The notes beneath the pieces are model-generated. The model worked only from the letters and a program-made list of their open reading frames with translations. It was not told the origin of the DNA and ran no database searches. A stretch of 64,000 bases of DNA from a virus (lineage: Duplodnaviria > Heunggongvirae > Uroviricota > Caudoviricetes). Where the stretch lies: the IMG/VR virus record IMGVR_UViG_3300042875_000419. One strand, given 5' to 3'. The translations under genes and the position numbers were made by a program. Below, in pieces: positions 11,416 to 22,580 of this stretch. Position 1 is the stretch's first letter, and each line of letters begins with the position of its first letter.

Positions 11416-12792
11416 TTAGTATCCTAAAACCAATTTAAATATTTCCGAACCATCTGTGTTTCTTTGTACTGGTTCTCTATTTTCTAAGTAAGTTAAATAA
11501 CCTGAAAACGGTATAAAATCTGGTGTTTGTTGTTGAACAACAACTCTTGCTGTTCCCGTTGATGCGCCATAAATTAACGCACTATTATTGGCAACTCCCT
11601 GTGTATTTATTAGCCTTAAAGTATTGGGTGCAGAATCAAAACTTAAAACTGTTGCAGTAAATGTTGCTGAAGCCAATAAACCATTCGGAGATTGATACAC
11701 TGTTTCATCTGGCGTATATAAACCAAAACCTTGTGACATAACAAAATCGGTGGTCGTTTTGTAAATCTCCGCATTTGCTATACCGGTTGTAGTTCCGAAG
11801 TAAGCATATGGGTTTACAAGAAGCCCAAGTTGTCTGAAGTCAATATCGGTGGGTAATTTACCACCTTCTTCCTTGGTAAATCTTGCAGTCATCATAATAT
11901 GTCTAGTACCTAGTTCAGATATAGGATTATATGCATGTCCACCAATGGGTGATGCTGGCGCAATAGCTATGGCACCTGAACCTAAAGACGATGATATCGT
12001 TACGTTTGCATATGAATAATTTGATCCAGTATTTGCTACAACAATATCTGTTATAGAATTTGAAACTACTGTAGCATTTGCTGTTGCATAAAGCCCATCA
12101 CCAGTAACAGTGACAGTAATAGTAGCATTCGAAGGATCATATCCTGTTCCACCATTTGTTACATTAATTACATCGATACTACCGGAACCAGCAAACGTGG
12201 AAAATGGATTTGGTATGCGAGAGGTTATTGGAACTGGCATCCATGCATCATCCATAAACTTTAGTTTACTACCAGAAGTAATGGTGTACATGTATTTCCA
12301 TTTATAATCATCGGCACCTTGGAAAATCTGGTTTGCATTAAAAGTTCCTGGCTCGAAGTATGGTTCTGTTGTTGTAACTCCACCATTATTATTCCAAAGG
12401 CATTTAAAAACTTGGTCGAAACGATTTCTAACATAGAAACGTTTTAAAATAGTTCCGTTCGTGTCGAGTGCAAACATATCAACATCATCTCTATAATAAT
12501 CATAAACTTCTCCTGAAGTCCAGTCGATTCTTTCAACGACAGGAGACATATCATTAGATGTTATTTTTTTCGCAACAAACATATTTTTAAATGTTTCTTT
12601 TAAATACTTTTGATCCTGTGTAGGCGCAGGCGGTAAAGATTCTGTTGGCCAAGATTTCACACGGGATAGGAAACAATAAAAAGTGCCGAGTGCTTGGCCG
12701 GTTATTGCAACAGATGCAATAGGTGAATAATAAACGGCAGTAGTTTGATATGTGCCGTTTTGATATGTTACAATTCCATTATTTGCTGACAT
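11416..12792 (-). CDS. gp8: Baseplate wedge protein gp8-like (458 aa).
   Basis: Recalled similarity to T4 gp8 N-terminal region: SRVKSWPTESLPPAPTQD ... VVERIDWTSGEVYDYY aligns with FGRSEPWSSNENEVGFAPPYPTDS ... IPRRDWGDTRYPDPY. Position after gp7 matches T4 order. Confidence 0.55.
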   Translation of the reverse strand: MSANNGIVTYQNGTYQTTAVYYSPIASVAITGQALGTFYCFLSRVKSWPTESLPPAPTQDQKYLKETFKNMFVAKKITSNDMSPVVERIDWTSGEVYDYYRDDVDMFALDTNGTILKRFYVRNRFDQVFKCLWNNNGGVTTTEPYFEPGTFNANQIFQGADDYKWKYMYTITSGSKLKFMDDAWMPVPITSRIPNPFSTFAGSGSIDVINVTNGGTGYDPSNATITVTVTGDGLYATANATVVSNSITDIVVANTGSNYSYANVTISSSLGSGAIAIAPASPIGGHAYNPISELGTRHIMMTARFTKEEGGKLPTDIDFRQLGLLVNPYAYFGTTTGIANAEIYKTTTDFVMSQGFGLYTPDETVYQSPNGLLASATFTATVLSFDSAPNTLRLINTQGVANNSALIYGASTGTARVVVQQQTPDFIPFSGYLTYLENREPVQRNTDGSEIFKLVLGY

Positions 12793-12804
12793 TATATAAT
12801 CCTA

Positions 12805-14373
12805 TTAAGCGCCTACAACCTGAACAAGAACGTTCGCAGTATCTGTTCCGAAACACATATACTTTGCAACGATTGTTGATGTTGATGGGTGTACGAACGT
12901 AGTTGAGTTTGTTGTTGAGTTGAGTGCTGAACAACCGTGTGTGAAAGTTCTGTTTGACCCCGAAGTATTTGTCATCCAAAGTTCCACTTGTTTACCTGGA
13001 ACAAAGTTTGAGAAAGACACCGCATAATCGGCTGCAACGTTGGCACGGAGAACAGCATTGTTTGCAAAGTCAATTGTAATTGCAGTTTGTGCGGCTGCAA
13101 AAAGACGGGGTGCATAAATGAAACCTTTTTCTGGGTAAACATAACCGTCAAAGTGTACAGCATCGCCATTGAAAGATGCAATTTCTTGTACAGTGTTCGA
13201 ACCATTCGGAATATTATAGAAAACAATTTTCGAACCACGTGCAGTGTCTGTGTAATTTTCTGTTGCAACGACATCAATACGACCAACACCAAGTGGTGCA
13301 AAACCTGTTGTGCCCCAACCGTTACCAGCCATTCGCATCAACACATCATTGTTCTGTGTTGCTGTTGGTGATGCTACTGTACCACGTGCAGAACGACCAG
13401 CAACTAAGCTATAAGCCGAACCATCTGTACTGAATGAATCATATATGATACGAGCAGGTATATTTGCTCTACCAGTAACATGTATCATTGTTCCCGATTG
13501 AGAAAGCGGTTGCACAGTTGCTGTTGCTTTGATGGTGAGTGCCGCTTCTGTTGCACCGAATGTTGAGTTCGCTAATACAAATGTTCCATTGACAAAGCCA
13601 TCACCTGATATATAAAAATCACCAGCAGTGAGTACACCATTAGTATTTGCGATTGCCGAGTTTGCTTTGTTGAAAGCGGCTTGTGCAAAAGTAGTTTGTG
13701 TTGTGTTATTGGAAGTAATAGAGCCATTGAGTGTTGAAACGTTGGAGGTAATTTCACCACGGAGAGTAGCAACGTTTGCCGACACTCTTGTATTGATTAC
13801 TGAGTTAGCTGATGTGGCATTTGCAGTCACAACTGAGTTGATTGAGTTTGACCAGATACCAGTCGAGTCGATGTAGCCAACAATGTTTTGTGTTTGTAGA
13901 CCGCCAACAACAAAGTTAACTTTACCTGTTGCGTTTGTTGTACCAATCGCTAAGTTACCTTTGTTAGCTCCTGAAGATGAAATATACAGATAACCATCAT
14001 GTTCTTTTGTTGCTGAGAATGTTGGGTCCGAATATGCCGAACCATTCAAACCCATGTCCAAGAAATGGTCTGTGTCATTACCATCGTCAGCAGTAATAAC
14101 AAAGTCTCCCGAACCATTTGGATTCAAGTTCTCATGGTTAACTTGCGTGTACACACTGGAATTTCCTGTGAACTGTGCTATAACATTTGGTAAAACTGTG
14201 TGATTGTTACCAACAACAAGGTTATTATTTGAATAAAGACCGGCAGCCAGTGTTGTGAGTGTAATCTTACCAGTAATATTGGTTGGAATGTCAACACCAA
14301 CCAGCACGGTATTTGCCGTGTTGGAATTGACTGTAGTAATTGCTGGTAAGTCCGTGATTTTTACTGTTGCCAT
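12805..14373 (-). CDS. Structural (baseplate/fibre-like) protein, 522 aa, between gp7 and gp8.
   Basis: N/T/S/G/V-rich repetitive beta-like composition. Sits inside the baseplate operon with a 12-nt intergenic gap. Confidence 0.45.
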   Translation of the reverse strand: MATVKITDLPAITTVNSNTANTVLVGVDIPTNITGKITLTTLAAGLYSNNNLVVGNNHTVLPNVIAQFTGNSSVYTQVNHENLNPNGSGDFVITADDGNDTDHFLDMGLNGSAYSDPTFSATKEHDGYLYISSSGANKGNLAIGTTNATGKVNFVVGGLQTQNIVGYIDSTGIWSNSINSVVTANATSANSVINTRVSANVATLRGEITSNVSTLNGSITSNNTTQTTFAQAAFNKANSAIANTNGVLTAGDFYISGDGFVNGTFVLANSTFGATEAALTIKATATVQPLSQSGTMIHVTGRANIPARIIYDSFSTDGSAYSLVAGRSARGTVASPTATQNNDVLMRMAGNGWGTTGFAPLGVGRIDVVATENYTDTARGSKIVFYNIPNGSNTVQEIASFNGDAVHFDGYVYPEKGFIYAPRLFAAAQTAITIDFANNAVLRANVAADYAVSFSNFVPGKQVELWMTNTSGSNRTFTHGCSALNSTTNSTTFVHPSTSTIVAKYMCFGTDTANVLVQVVGA

Positions 14374-14376
14374 TTT

Positions 14377-17334
14377 TTATCCTAAAATTATTGTTCTTCC
14401 GTCTTGTGTCGTAATCTCTCTATTATCCTGTGTTAACAGTTCTGGATAATAGATTGTACCAAGAGAGTTATAGAATTCTACATTCGATGTTACTAATGTT
14501 CTACCAATTGAAATGTTTGCAGAATTGGATGAGAATGGTATTGTTGTGTTGGCAAAAATAACGTTGTTTGAATATTCAACATACGTTACTGTACCGTGGA
14601 ATGTACTTGCACCATTTACAACTCTAATTCTATCTCCAATAAACACAATATCACGCATCTTGTTTGCCGTGTTACTGTACTCACCGTTGTTGATAACATC
14701 ATACTGATTCGTCACTGACCGTATATTTATTCTATTGTTGGAGGTGAGAACGTTTGCTGTTGCAACGTTTGCAAAAGATAAGTATACATTGTCACGAATC
14801 ACAGCGGTGTTACTTACATGATTCACAGAAATAATTTCCGAGAATACATTTGGTCCGTATCCATATATCAAAGAAACTAATGAGCCTGGTAAAGCGATGT
14901 TTGCAATGTTTGCACCAACCAACGCATCAAATTTAATAATGTTGTTACTTGTATTCTCGAAAGTAGAATACATAGCTGCATTTGAACCTGGATCACCAGT
15001 ATAAAAACCTAATGTATGTGTATTAGATTGGAATGATTCTTTATGAATATCAATTGTTTCTTGAGACTTAAGCGCATTGATTGGAATAACTTTTGTGCCT
15101 GATGGATGCAATAATTTATAAAGAACTTCTTTGTACGCATCAAATGACTTCTGTACAACCAAATTATAGGTGAAATTATTATAGTCTTCATTCTCCAAAA
15201 TTTGATTTGAACTTGGGAAACCATCATCATTCAGATATTGACCTGTACCAATAATCAAACCGTTTAAGAACTTTGCTGTTGCCACAGCCGCACCGTTACC
15301 ATATGTTCTGATACCATTTTGATAGATGAATTCACCAGAGGATACGTTTTGTGTTGTGTAGGTATTCGCTAAATCAAGGAAAAGATTTGCACCCAAAGCA
15401 CGGTCTGTAGACTTTAACTGGAGGTTTGTTTTGGTATTTGAACTGTAGTTATAAACTCTTAGAACATATTTTGAATTTGCCTGAATGGCATCAGATTCTA
15501 ACAATGTAATTGAATCAACATATGCTTTAAATACGGCAGTATTTACGTTTGCACCTTGATAAATTAAATCACCGTTCTTAATGATATTTGTGGGTGAAAC
15601 GTTCGTAACAACCAAGTCACGAACTTTGAGTGAAACTCTAGGTGCTTCAATGTAATCTTCACCAAAATTTTCAATAACAAACGATGTAATCGCACCGATA
15701 CCACGTTCATCAGACACTGGAGTTAATTGAGCACCATCACCAAGAACAGTGTTCACTCTAATAACTGCACCAGAACCACCAGATGATACAACATTCAATG
15801 TCGGTAGGTTTGTCTGTATATATCCCAAACCTCCTTTTGGATATGTCGTTACATTTGTTGTTGTGTTTGAGAAATTATATTCAGTTTTAATAATTGAACC
15901 TGTTGCATTAACAGTGACGTTCGCATTTGCACCTACACCACCAGCAGAGTTGGTGAAGGTGATGATATCACCGTTTGCATAACCTGTTCCAGGTGTAACA
16001 ATTTGAATTGGTCCTAGAATACCAAGACTTGCAAGATAACCTTTTATTTTCAAGTTCTCTGTTGTCTGCGGATCAGTTGTATCGAATAATGAAAATGCTC
16101 TGACTGATGGTAGCGAGGTGTATCCTCCACCACCATTGTTTAATAAAACGGTAGCAATTGGATATGTTGAGAATCCGGTAAATGTAAATGCATTTGCGAG
16201 AGAACACACTGAGTTTGCTGCCACGTTTGCTGGGAAAAATGGATAAGAACTTGCATCAATTCTTGTTGCAGCAAATAGTGAGTTGCTCATGAAGTTTTGT
16301 GGAATAAATGCGACATTTATTTCACCGGCAGGATCAACAGAAGAAACGTTTGCAATAGCACCTGAACCTCCACCGCCAGATATTCTAATGAATGTGTTTG
16401 GATCTTGTCTATACCCATATGAACCATCAACAAGAGTAATATCACGGAGAGAACCTGATGTTGTTTCATAAACAAATGCTGATGCACCAATACCTGTTGG
16501 TGTGTTTAGACCACCATAAAAAACTACTGGGTCTCCAGAATATGTATCGGATCTGCCCTTATAAAGTTGTCCACGTTTTTTAGAATCAATGTTGATGGCA
16601 GAAATAGAACCTAGGATTTTTGCCTGTAGTTTTGTTGCACCAACTGTGTTTTCAGGAACAACTTTAGAATCTTTAAAATATAAAATTTGATTGTTGTTAT
16701 CAACTACAACAACATCTTCACCTGATTGAAAAAGTCTTTCAATGTTTGAAATGTAAATTTCTGTTCTATTTCCAACAGAAACACCCCTCTCAATAGTAGC
16801 AATGGATTTTGAAGTTACACCAAATAATCTATAGTTTTCAATTGAAAGCCATTGTTCATCGTTTGTGGCAAGCCTCAGACTTTTTGATACGTACCATTTA
16901 CCATCAGATGCCTTGAAAATAACATCACGTGTGAGGAAAATATCGGCATCGGAATTGTATAAAGCACGGAACAAAAATTGATAAGATGCTGGTGTACCTT
17001 TACGTGAGTATAGTTCTTTAGCCGCTCTAATCAGTTTGCTTTTGTCCGCAAGACAATCTACGGGAAAATTTGGTAAAAATTGATTGATATAGTAATCAAT
17101 AAACTTATTAAATGTTTCACCAGGTTCTACAAAATTTAAATCTTGATAGTTTAAAAGATTCTGTGTGCCATAGATGACACCTTCTTTACCTAAACCTATG
17201 TTTTGTTGTTCCATCCATTCATAATATGCCTGGATAAATGCAACAAATGTTTGATAGTTATCGTCCGACCTGATAAACTCAGGTAGCTGATAAGGAACCT
17301 TTAACGAGGTTTTTTTGGCGAAATCAGTAGTCAT
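14377..17334 (-). CDS. gp7: Baseplate wedge protein gp7-like (985 aa).
   Basis: Position directly after gp6. Motif FVAFIQAYYEWMEQ...GVIYGTQNLLNYQD resembles the T4 gp7 segment FEAFCEAYIQYLSDGYGTQYNNLRNLI. Size is similar to T4 gp7 (1032 aa). Confidence 0.5.
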   Translation of the reverse strand: MTTDFAKKTSLKVPYQLPEFIRSDDNYQTFVAFIQAYYEWMEQQNIGLGKEGVIYGTQNLLNYQDLNFVEPGETFNKFIDYYINQFLPNFPVDCLADKSKLIRAAKELYSRKGTPASYQFLFRALYNSDADIFLTRDVIFKASDGKWYVSKSLRLATNDEQWLSIENYRLFGVTSKSIATIERGVSVGNRTEIYISNIERLFQSGEDVVVVDNNNQILYFKDSKVVPENTVGATKLQAKILGSISAINIDSKKRGQLYKGRSDTYSGDPVVFYGGLNTPTGIGASAFVYETTSGSLRDITLVDGSYGYRQDPNTFIRISGGGGSGAIANVSSVDPAGEINVAFIPQNFMSNSLFAATRIDASSYPFFPANVAANSVCSLANAFTFTGFSTYPIATVLLNNGGGGYTSLPSVRAFSLFDTTDPQTTENLKIKGYLASLGILGPIQIVTPGTGYANGDIITFTNSAGGVGANANVTVNATGSIIKTEYNFSNTTTNVTTYPKGGLGYIQTNLPTLNVVSSGGSGAVIRVNTVLGDGAQLTPVSDERGIGAITSFVIENFGEDYIEAPRVSLKVRDLVVTNVSPTNIIKNGDLIYQGANVNTAVFKAYVDSITLLESDAIQANSKYVLRVYNYSSNTKTNLQLKSTDRALGANLFLDLANTYTTQNVSSGEFIYQNGIRTYGNGAAVATAKFLNGLIIGTGQYLNDDGFPSSNQILENEDYNNFTYNLVVQKSFDAYKEVLYKLLHPSGTKVIPINALKSQETIDIHKESFQSNTHTLGFYTGDPGSNAAMYSTFENTSNNIIKFDALVGANIANIALPGSLVSLIYGYGPNVFSEIISVNHVSNTAVIRDNVYLSFANVATANVLTSNNRINIRSVTNQYDVINNGEYSNTANKMRDIVFIGDRIRVVNGASTFHGTVTYVEYSNNVIFANTTIPFSSNSANISIGRTLVTSNVEFYNSLGTIYYPELLTQDNREITTQDGRTIILG

Positions 17335-19403
17335 TATTGTATACTAACATTTACTGTGATTGCTTCTGGATCAAAACTATCTGTAGCGATAATTCTATTA
17401 TATGTAGATGAAACAATGGTTGAATCTGGTACCACAGAAATTGTAAAACGACCTAAATCATTATTGACCGTTAGTGGTGAAAAATCTATAAGTGTAACTT
17501 TACCTGTGGAATAATTAATTGTTCCTGCATTAGCATTGGAAATAGTTTTGATATTATTTAAATAATAATATGTTCTTAGTGTACCTTCGACACCCTCCAA
17601 AATTGGTGATGCATATGCCAACCCACCTGAAGTGTCTCCGTCCTGTGGTGTTATTGTTACGAACGCCTCCGTGTAATTGAAGCCGGGATTTGTAACGACA
17701 ATACTGTTCACTCGACCAGATGCTAAGACTGCAAATGCTGTGGCGCCTTCTCCGTCACCTGTTATAGTAACAGTTGGTATTTTTGTGTATCCGAAACCCT
17801 GATTTAAAACATTGATGGTTGCAATACCACCAGTTGTTGTGGGAACCTCTTCAAAATAAATTCCATTTCTTACCCCGGAAACGGCTGTTGGATCAGATTC
17901 AGAAAAATCTGGAGAACTATTTAAACCAGCGTTATAATAATTTCTCTGTAAGGGAACACCAAAATCAAAAATGTATGTTGATCTAGAATTTAATTTTGGA
18001 TAGAATTTTTTCTGTAATCTTATAGAACATTCATTTGTTATAATAGAGGTGTCAGCACTTTGAATATAAGAAATTAATTCAGGAAGTTTAAAAACCGAAT
18101 TGAATGTGTTGAGTGTATCTGATGAAAATTGGTTTATTTGTGTGAGAACCTGACCCTTAATTTGTCCACCAGTCAAAGTAGTTTTCTTTGGATCATATAA
18201 AACTTTTGTGTTTATGTTAACGTAAGTATAATCAGGATCAACAATTGTTGGTGTCACAGTAAGGACTGAAATTGGTCTGATAACTTCAGAAATAAGTCTT
18301 TCTTTTTGTGTTGGTGTCAATGTAAAACCGCCGGCTGGTTTAACTGCACAGAAAATTTGACCATAAACTGGAGGATCATTTTCTTCACCACCCCAAACAG
18401 ATACGGAATCAATTGGTAAATTGGTAGAATTGTTTTGAATTAGATAGATGTAATCTTCTTTTGTCACAGCACGCCCTTGTGCCGCATATGCTTTAGGTGC
18501 AGTATATTTAATTGATTCGATTGTTTCTTTGTCTGAGCCTTGTGTTGCCGATGAAATAGATGTTACTACAGTATTGGAAAATCCACCAACACTAGACATA
18601 GATGTGAAAGAGTTTGCACCAAAGGCTGAGGTGCCAGATGTTGTAATGTATGTGAGATTAACGATGTTTCCGTTTACGAGAGATTGTCCTAATAGCCCGT
18701 CACCAAAATAAAGGTTATATTTTCCATTCATACCTTCTTCTAAGAAATATACAGTGCTTGATGGTGTTAAATTGATGTAGTTTGTTGAAAGATTATATGT
18801 TACTGACGCAGCATTTGAAGAAGATTCTTGCACAGAAACGATTAATGTAGATGTATCAACAGCGGAGTCTGGAATTTCAAATAATTGTTTTGGATTTGTT
18901 GTGCTATTGTATGTAAAACTGTATGATGATGCAATACCCTGTGAAATAATAATGTCGGTAAATGTTGCAGTATTTGAAGTTACGTTTACTGTTGTTGAGT
19001 CTGTTGTAAGGAATGTATAATTTACATCATCGATGGCTTCGGAAATGAAAGATGCGAACTTTGGTAAAGTAAGTGTAGGTGTTGTTACACCGTTTACTGT
19101 GATATGAACTAAAGCCTTTGGTGCAACTGCTGATTGTGGAATGTAATTTAATAGTTTAGCATGTGAAACGACAGAACCACGCTGAATAGCTGAGTCTAAG
19201 AACATTTCGTTTGCTACCATGTTTAAATAGTATGCATTGTACTGTGTATTATATGCCAATAAATCGACAAGAACAGAGAGTGCTGAACCATCAAAATTAT
19301 AGTCTTTGAGTGTGTCTTGTTGAGATAGAAAAGCCTTTAAACTAGCTTTAATACCACCAAAATCAAGATTCGTAATCTGTAGGCCTGAATTAGCTGTTGC
19401 CAT
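17334..19403 (-). CDS. gp6: Baseplate wedge protein gp6 (689 aa).
   Basis: N-terminal LSVLVDLLAYNTQYNAYY matches T4 gp6 LNVLCDLLAYNTLYIQQF. Follows gp25 as in T4-like phages. Start overlaps the gp25 stop (ATGA). Confidence 0.75.
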   Translation of the reverse strand: MATANSGLQITNLDFGGIKASLKAFLSQQDTLKDYNFDGSALSVLVDLLAYNTQYNAYYLNMVANEMFLDSAIQRGSVVSHAKLLNYIPQSAVAPKALVHITVNGVTTPTLTLPKFASFISEAIDDVNYTFLTTDSTTVNVTSNTATFTDIIISQGIASSYSFTYNSTTNPKQLFEIPDSAVDTSTLIVSVQESSSNAASVTYNLSTNYINLTPSSTVYFLEEGMNGKYNLYFGDGLLGQSLVNGNIVNLTYITTSGTSAFGANSFTSMSSVGGFSNTVVTSISSATQGSDKETIESIKYTAPKAYAAQGRAVTKEDYIYLIQNNSTNLPIDSVSVWGGEENDPPVYGQIFCAVKPAGGFTLTPTQKERLISEVIRPISVLTVTPTIVDPDYTYVNINTKVLYDPKKTTLTGGQIKGQVLTQINQFSSDTLNTFNSVFKLPELISYIQSADTSIITNECSIRLQKKFYPKLNSRSTYIFDFGVPLQRNYYNAGLNSSPDFSESDPTAVSGVRNGIYFEEVPTTTGGIATINVLNQGFGYTKIPTVTITGDGEGATAFAVLASGRVNSIVVTNPGFNYTEAFVTITPQDGDTSGGLAYASPILEGVEGTLRTYYYLNNIKTISNANAGTINYSTGKVTLIDFSPLTVNNDLGRFTISVVPDSTIVSSTYNRIIATDSFDPEAITVNVSIQ

Positions 19404-19798
19404 TATCGTGTTCTCTCAAGAATTAAATTGATTGCTGTGGGTTGTACATTATTTCCAATAAAAAACTCTATTCCCACACTGTAAGCATTGTTATCTACCT
19501 GTTCATCGATGGTGACCTGCACCAATCTAACCCTTGGTTCATGGTTATTGATAGTGGTTTCTATCTCAGTTTTTAAATCTCGTGCTGTTAAAAAATCAAT
19601 TGATTCAAATAACAACTGTTCGATTCTACTACCAATGTTTGGTTGAAATGGTCTTTCATAATTTTTGGTCAAAAGTAAATAGCGGACAGAACGAATGACC
19701 GCCATTTCATCATAACTCAAGGCGATATCATTTCTACCAGGAGTCCTAGTGAAATTGAAATCTATATCTGAGTAAAGTTTTTTAAGTGTTTGTACCAT
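19403..19798 (-). CDS. gp25: Baseplate wedge protein gp25 (GPW/gp25 family, 131 aa).
   Basis: Size and sequence are typical of the gp25/GPW family (...GIEFFIGNNVQPTAINL...). Immediately upstream of gp6. Confidence 0.8.
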   Translation of the reverse strand: MVQTLKKLYSDIDFNFTRTPGRNDIALSYDEMAVIRSVRYLLLTKNYERPFQPNIGSRIEQLLFESIDFLTARDLKTEIETTINNHEPRVRLVQVTIDEQVDNNAYSVGIEFFIGNNVQPTAINLILERTR

Positions 19799-19888
19799 TT
19801 TATTATTTATCGTAGGAGTAAAATGACTTTTTCAAAACCAAGAACTTGCGCTAAAAAATTCTAGGGCCGGAACAAGATTTTCGAAATT

Positions 19889-20755
19889 TTATGAAGTATT
19901 AGTGTTCGCAGTATTAGATGAAAGTTTTTGCTTATAACTGTCTGTACCTATGAGGTTGTTAATTAGATACAGTTGTGTATTTCCAACATTTTCCAAATTA
20001 TCAACCTTATTAGAGTCTTCCAGTAATATTAGGCCTTGTTGATAAAAGTTCCAATCATGGAGTCTTCGTGTACTTAACATTCCACTCGCAGTTTGTAAGT
20101 GGGAAATTATCGAATTTGCTTGTGTGGTCGATATGTTTGATGCTAAATTTCCAGTGCCATCCAAATAAATTGAAGAATTCAGCGTTGGATAATCAGCAGT
20201 AATAATTACGTTATTTGAAGCAATCTCATCTCCCATGAATAAACTTGTCATGTTTCCTAGCAACGGAGTTGAATCTTGAATACCATCGGTGTTATTCAAT
20301 AACATCAATAAGTTTTGTCCTACCTGTACAGCGGTATCATAGTCGGGATATTCGACAACAGGGGAACCGTCTTCTGGAACGGTAGATTCAGCTTTTGTCA
20401 CACCAGCGACATTTGATGTATGTTGCTTGAATAAATTAATTTCGGATAAAAGTGTGTTTGCCGATGATTCTAATCCTGCTCCATTAGCCGTATCGTATGT
20501 AACAATCGTCACCATTACGTTGTACAAATTTTGTGTACTAGATTGAAGTTGATTACATACATTCAAAACTGGATTCTTGTAGTAATTTGTTGCAATGATT
20601 GTGCCATTGGCCAAGTCATTTTTTTGCCATGTCTCAAGCGATATGGGTTGTGTGTTTAGAAAGTTTTTCGTATCTTGACTCAAGTAAATTGCATCACCGA
20701 ATTTACCTGTATCAAAACTGAAACTTAATCTGTTAAATACGTTTGCTCCTGCCAT
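19889..20755 (-). CDS. Hypothetical baseplate-module protein (288 aa).
   Basis: ORF in the baseplate operon between the spike-like protein and gp25. No recognisable motif. Confidence 0.4.
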   Translation of the reverse strand: MAGANVFNRLSFSFDTGKFGDAIYLSQDTKNFLNTQPISLETWQKNDLANGTIIATNYYKNPVLNVCNQLQSSTQNLYNVMVTIVTYDTANGAGLESSANTLLSEINLFKQHTSNVAGVTKAESTVPEDGSPVVEYPDYDTAVQVGQNLLMLLNNTDGIQDSTPLLGNMTSLFMGDEIASNNVIITADYPTLNSSIYLDGTGNLASNISTTQANSIISHLQTASGMLSTRRLHDWNFYQQGLILLEDSNKVDNLENVGNTQLYLINNLIGTDSYKQKLSSNTANTNTS

Positions 20756-20766
20756 TCAAATCTCCA

Positions 20767-21543
20767 TTATAACATTTTACGTAAAGGTGTGGAAGTTGGA
20801 CCCTTTGGTGCTTTATGTATATGTGAATTGTATTGCATTCGCATAGTCATCATCGTACCTAAAGTATCTCTCACCATAGCACCCTGTGTGAGTGGTGTCC
20901 AAAGACTTACTGCTCCAAATATTGGTCCAAGAGTATCGATACCAAGATTTGAACTTAATTTCATGCCGGCTGTTACATTTTCAACCGCTGAAACTGATTG
21001 TTTCGAAATGATTGAGCCCGAAACATTTAAATCACTCTGTATATTAACGGCTTCAGCGGCTCTTAATGTGATTACACCCGTTGCGGTACCAGCAAAAAGT
21101 GAAATATCTCCACCTGATGTGATTTCAACCTTATCTGTCGAATTTACTTTTGTTTTACCATTCACTTGTTGATATGAATCACCTTCGACTTTACTGTATG
21201 CGTCACCTAGTACATGTACAACAGAGTCTCCGTTTATCGTAATGTTGCAGATACCCTTAATGAGAACATTATTATCATTTGCTATGATTTCATACTTATC
21301 ACCTAAAATTTTAACGATTTGTTGACCGTTTGCTTGTATCTCAGTGAATGTGCCAGTTCTATGTTGAATACGCACTCTTTCGTATTCTGGTGTATCATCA
21401 AGTTCGATAAAGTGCCCAGACTCCGTACCAATTACTTTATTTAGTGGAGGAGAAGCATTCCAATCTGATGGAGGTTCATTCCATGAATAATCATCCGGTT
21501 TTGTGTCCAGAATTTGTTGGTCTAGTTGTGCTTGTGTTGCCAT
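20767..21543 (-). CDS. Beta-helical spike-like protein (258 aa), possibly the needle part of the central spike.
   Basis: Repetitive short beta-strand segments (VKILGDKYEIIANDNNVLIKGICNITINGDSVVHVLGDAY...) directly downstream of the gp5 OB-domain gene. Assignment is inference. Confidence 0.35.
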   Translation of the reverse strand: MATQAQLDQQILDTKPDDYSWNEPPSDWNASPPLNKVIGTESGHFIELDDTPEYERVRIQHRTGTFTEIQANGQQIVKILGDKYEIIANDNNVLIKGICNITINGDSVVHVLGDAYSKVEGDSYQQVNGKTKVNSTDKVEITSGGDISLFAGTATGVITLRAAEAVNIQSDLNVSGSIISKQSVSAVENVTAGMKLSSNLGIDTLGPIFGAVSLWTPLTQGAMVRDTLGTMMTMRMQYNSHIHKAPKGPTSTPLRKML

Positions 21544-21545
21544 AA

Positions 21546-22580
21546 TTAAATTCTTCCTGAATAAGAGTTCGGATTCAAAGTTGTTTCTGCCGTAGATACT
21601 AAGGTGGAGGCACTGGCGATTGTTGTTGTTGTATTAGCTATAGTTTTTGTAACATCCGAAATTAACACAGTTCCTTCGGTTATAAGTTGCGAGAAGGTAC
21701 TGGTTTCCGAATCTACATCGGAGGTAAACACACCAGCCAAAGCGGCGTACAAACTAGCCAAACAATCACTGAATTGTTGAAGTAATCTAGCAGGCAGGCT
21801 TAAAAACCATGCAATTGTTTGTTGCACTTTTGCTATAAATTCCGCTATTGTTTTTATAACATTATTAATAAAGTCTAGTAATTCGTTAATTGTTTTTAAA
21901 ATTCCACGTAAAACTTTAATAGCCGACAATATTTGTGTTGTTATTGGTGATGATGCCGCAGCACCGGACGTGAGAGCCTCAATTTTATTTCGTATTGCTT
22001 GAAATATTGTGGAATTTTTTAAAGCCTCAACTGCCGCCTGGTATTTTATTACACCTGGAATATCACAAACGTGTGCCCGTGAATTATCCGACTTTTCAAT
22101 TCCTGTACCCTTATATGTATTCGATGGTGCGGAAGCCGTTGACTCACCTACACGTACCGGTTTCATTGCAGGTGTGTCAGTGTAAACAATAGGTGTTACT
22201 GCATCAGATTCATTTAGTGTTGAGTTGGTATATTTGGCTTTGGCGTAAAAACCTTTACCCTCAACAGCATCAACATCTTGCTGTGGTATAGCAGGAAATA
22301 CACCCAGCATTGCTGGTGCTTGTGATGATAGGCCGTCCATAAAGAAGCCAAAAACATAATCACCTTCCATTGGTGCGGAAAATGTTCTAGAATCATTAAC
22401 TGGATATAATGGTGTTGCCCAAGGTAACTCTGCTGTTGGAATTTCTTGTAAGTTATCTGTGTGTGAACCAAAAATTCTAACCTTACAACGACCAACATTT
22501 AATGGATCAACACGGTCTTCAACGACACCAATCCACCAAACGAAATCATCGTGCCCAATTCTATTTTTAAAATCTGACAT
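21546..22580 (-). CDS. gp5: Baseplate hub / central spike protein gp5 (N-terminal OB-fold domain, 344 aa). No lysozyme domain.
   Basis: FVWWIGVVEDRVDPLNVGRCKVRIFGSHTD matches the T4 gp5 N-terminal OB domain (NWFVGVVEDVMDPERLGRVRVRVHGLH). C-terminal part is helical with no lysozyme motifs. Confidence 0.7.
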   Translation of the reverse strand: MSDFKNRIGHDDFVWWIGVVEDRVDPLNVGRCKVRIFGSHTDNLQEIPTAELPWATPLYPVNDSRTFSAPMEGDYVFGFFMDGLSSQAPAMLGVFPAIPQQDVDAVEGKGFYAKAKYTNSTLNESDAVTPIVYTDTPAMKPVRVGESTASAPSNTYKGTGIEKSDNSRAHVCDIPGVIKYQAAVEALKNSTIFQAIRNKIEALTSGAAASSPITTQILSAIKVLRGILKTINELLDFINNVIKTIAEFIAKVQQTIAWFLSLPARLLQQFSDCLASLYAALAGVFTSDVDSETSTFSQLITEGTVLISDVTKTIANTTTTIASASTLVSTAETTLNPNSYSGRI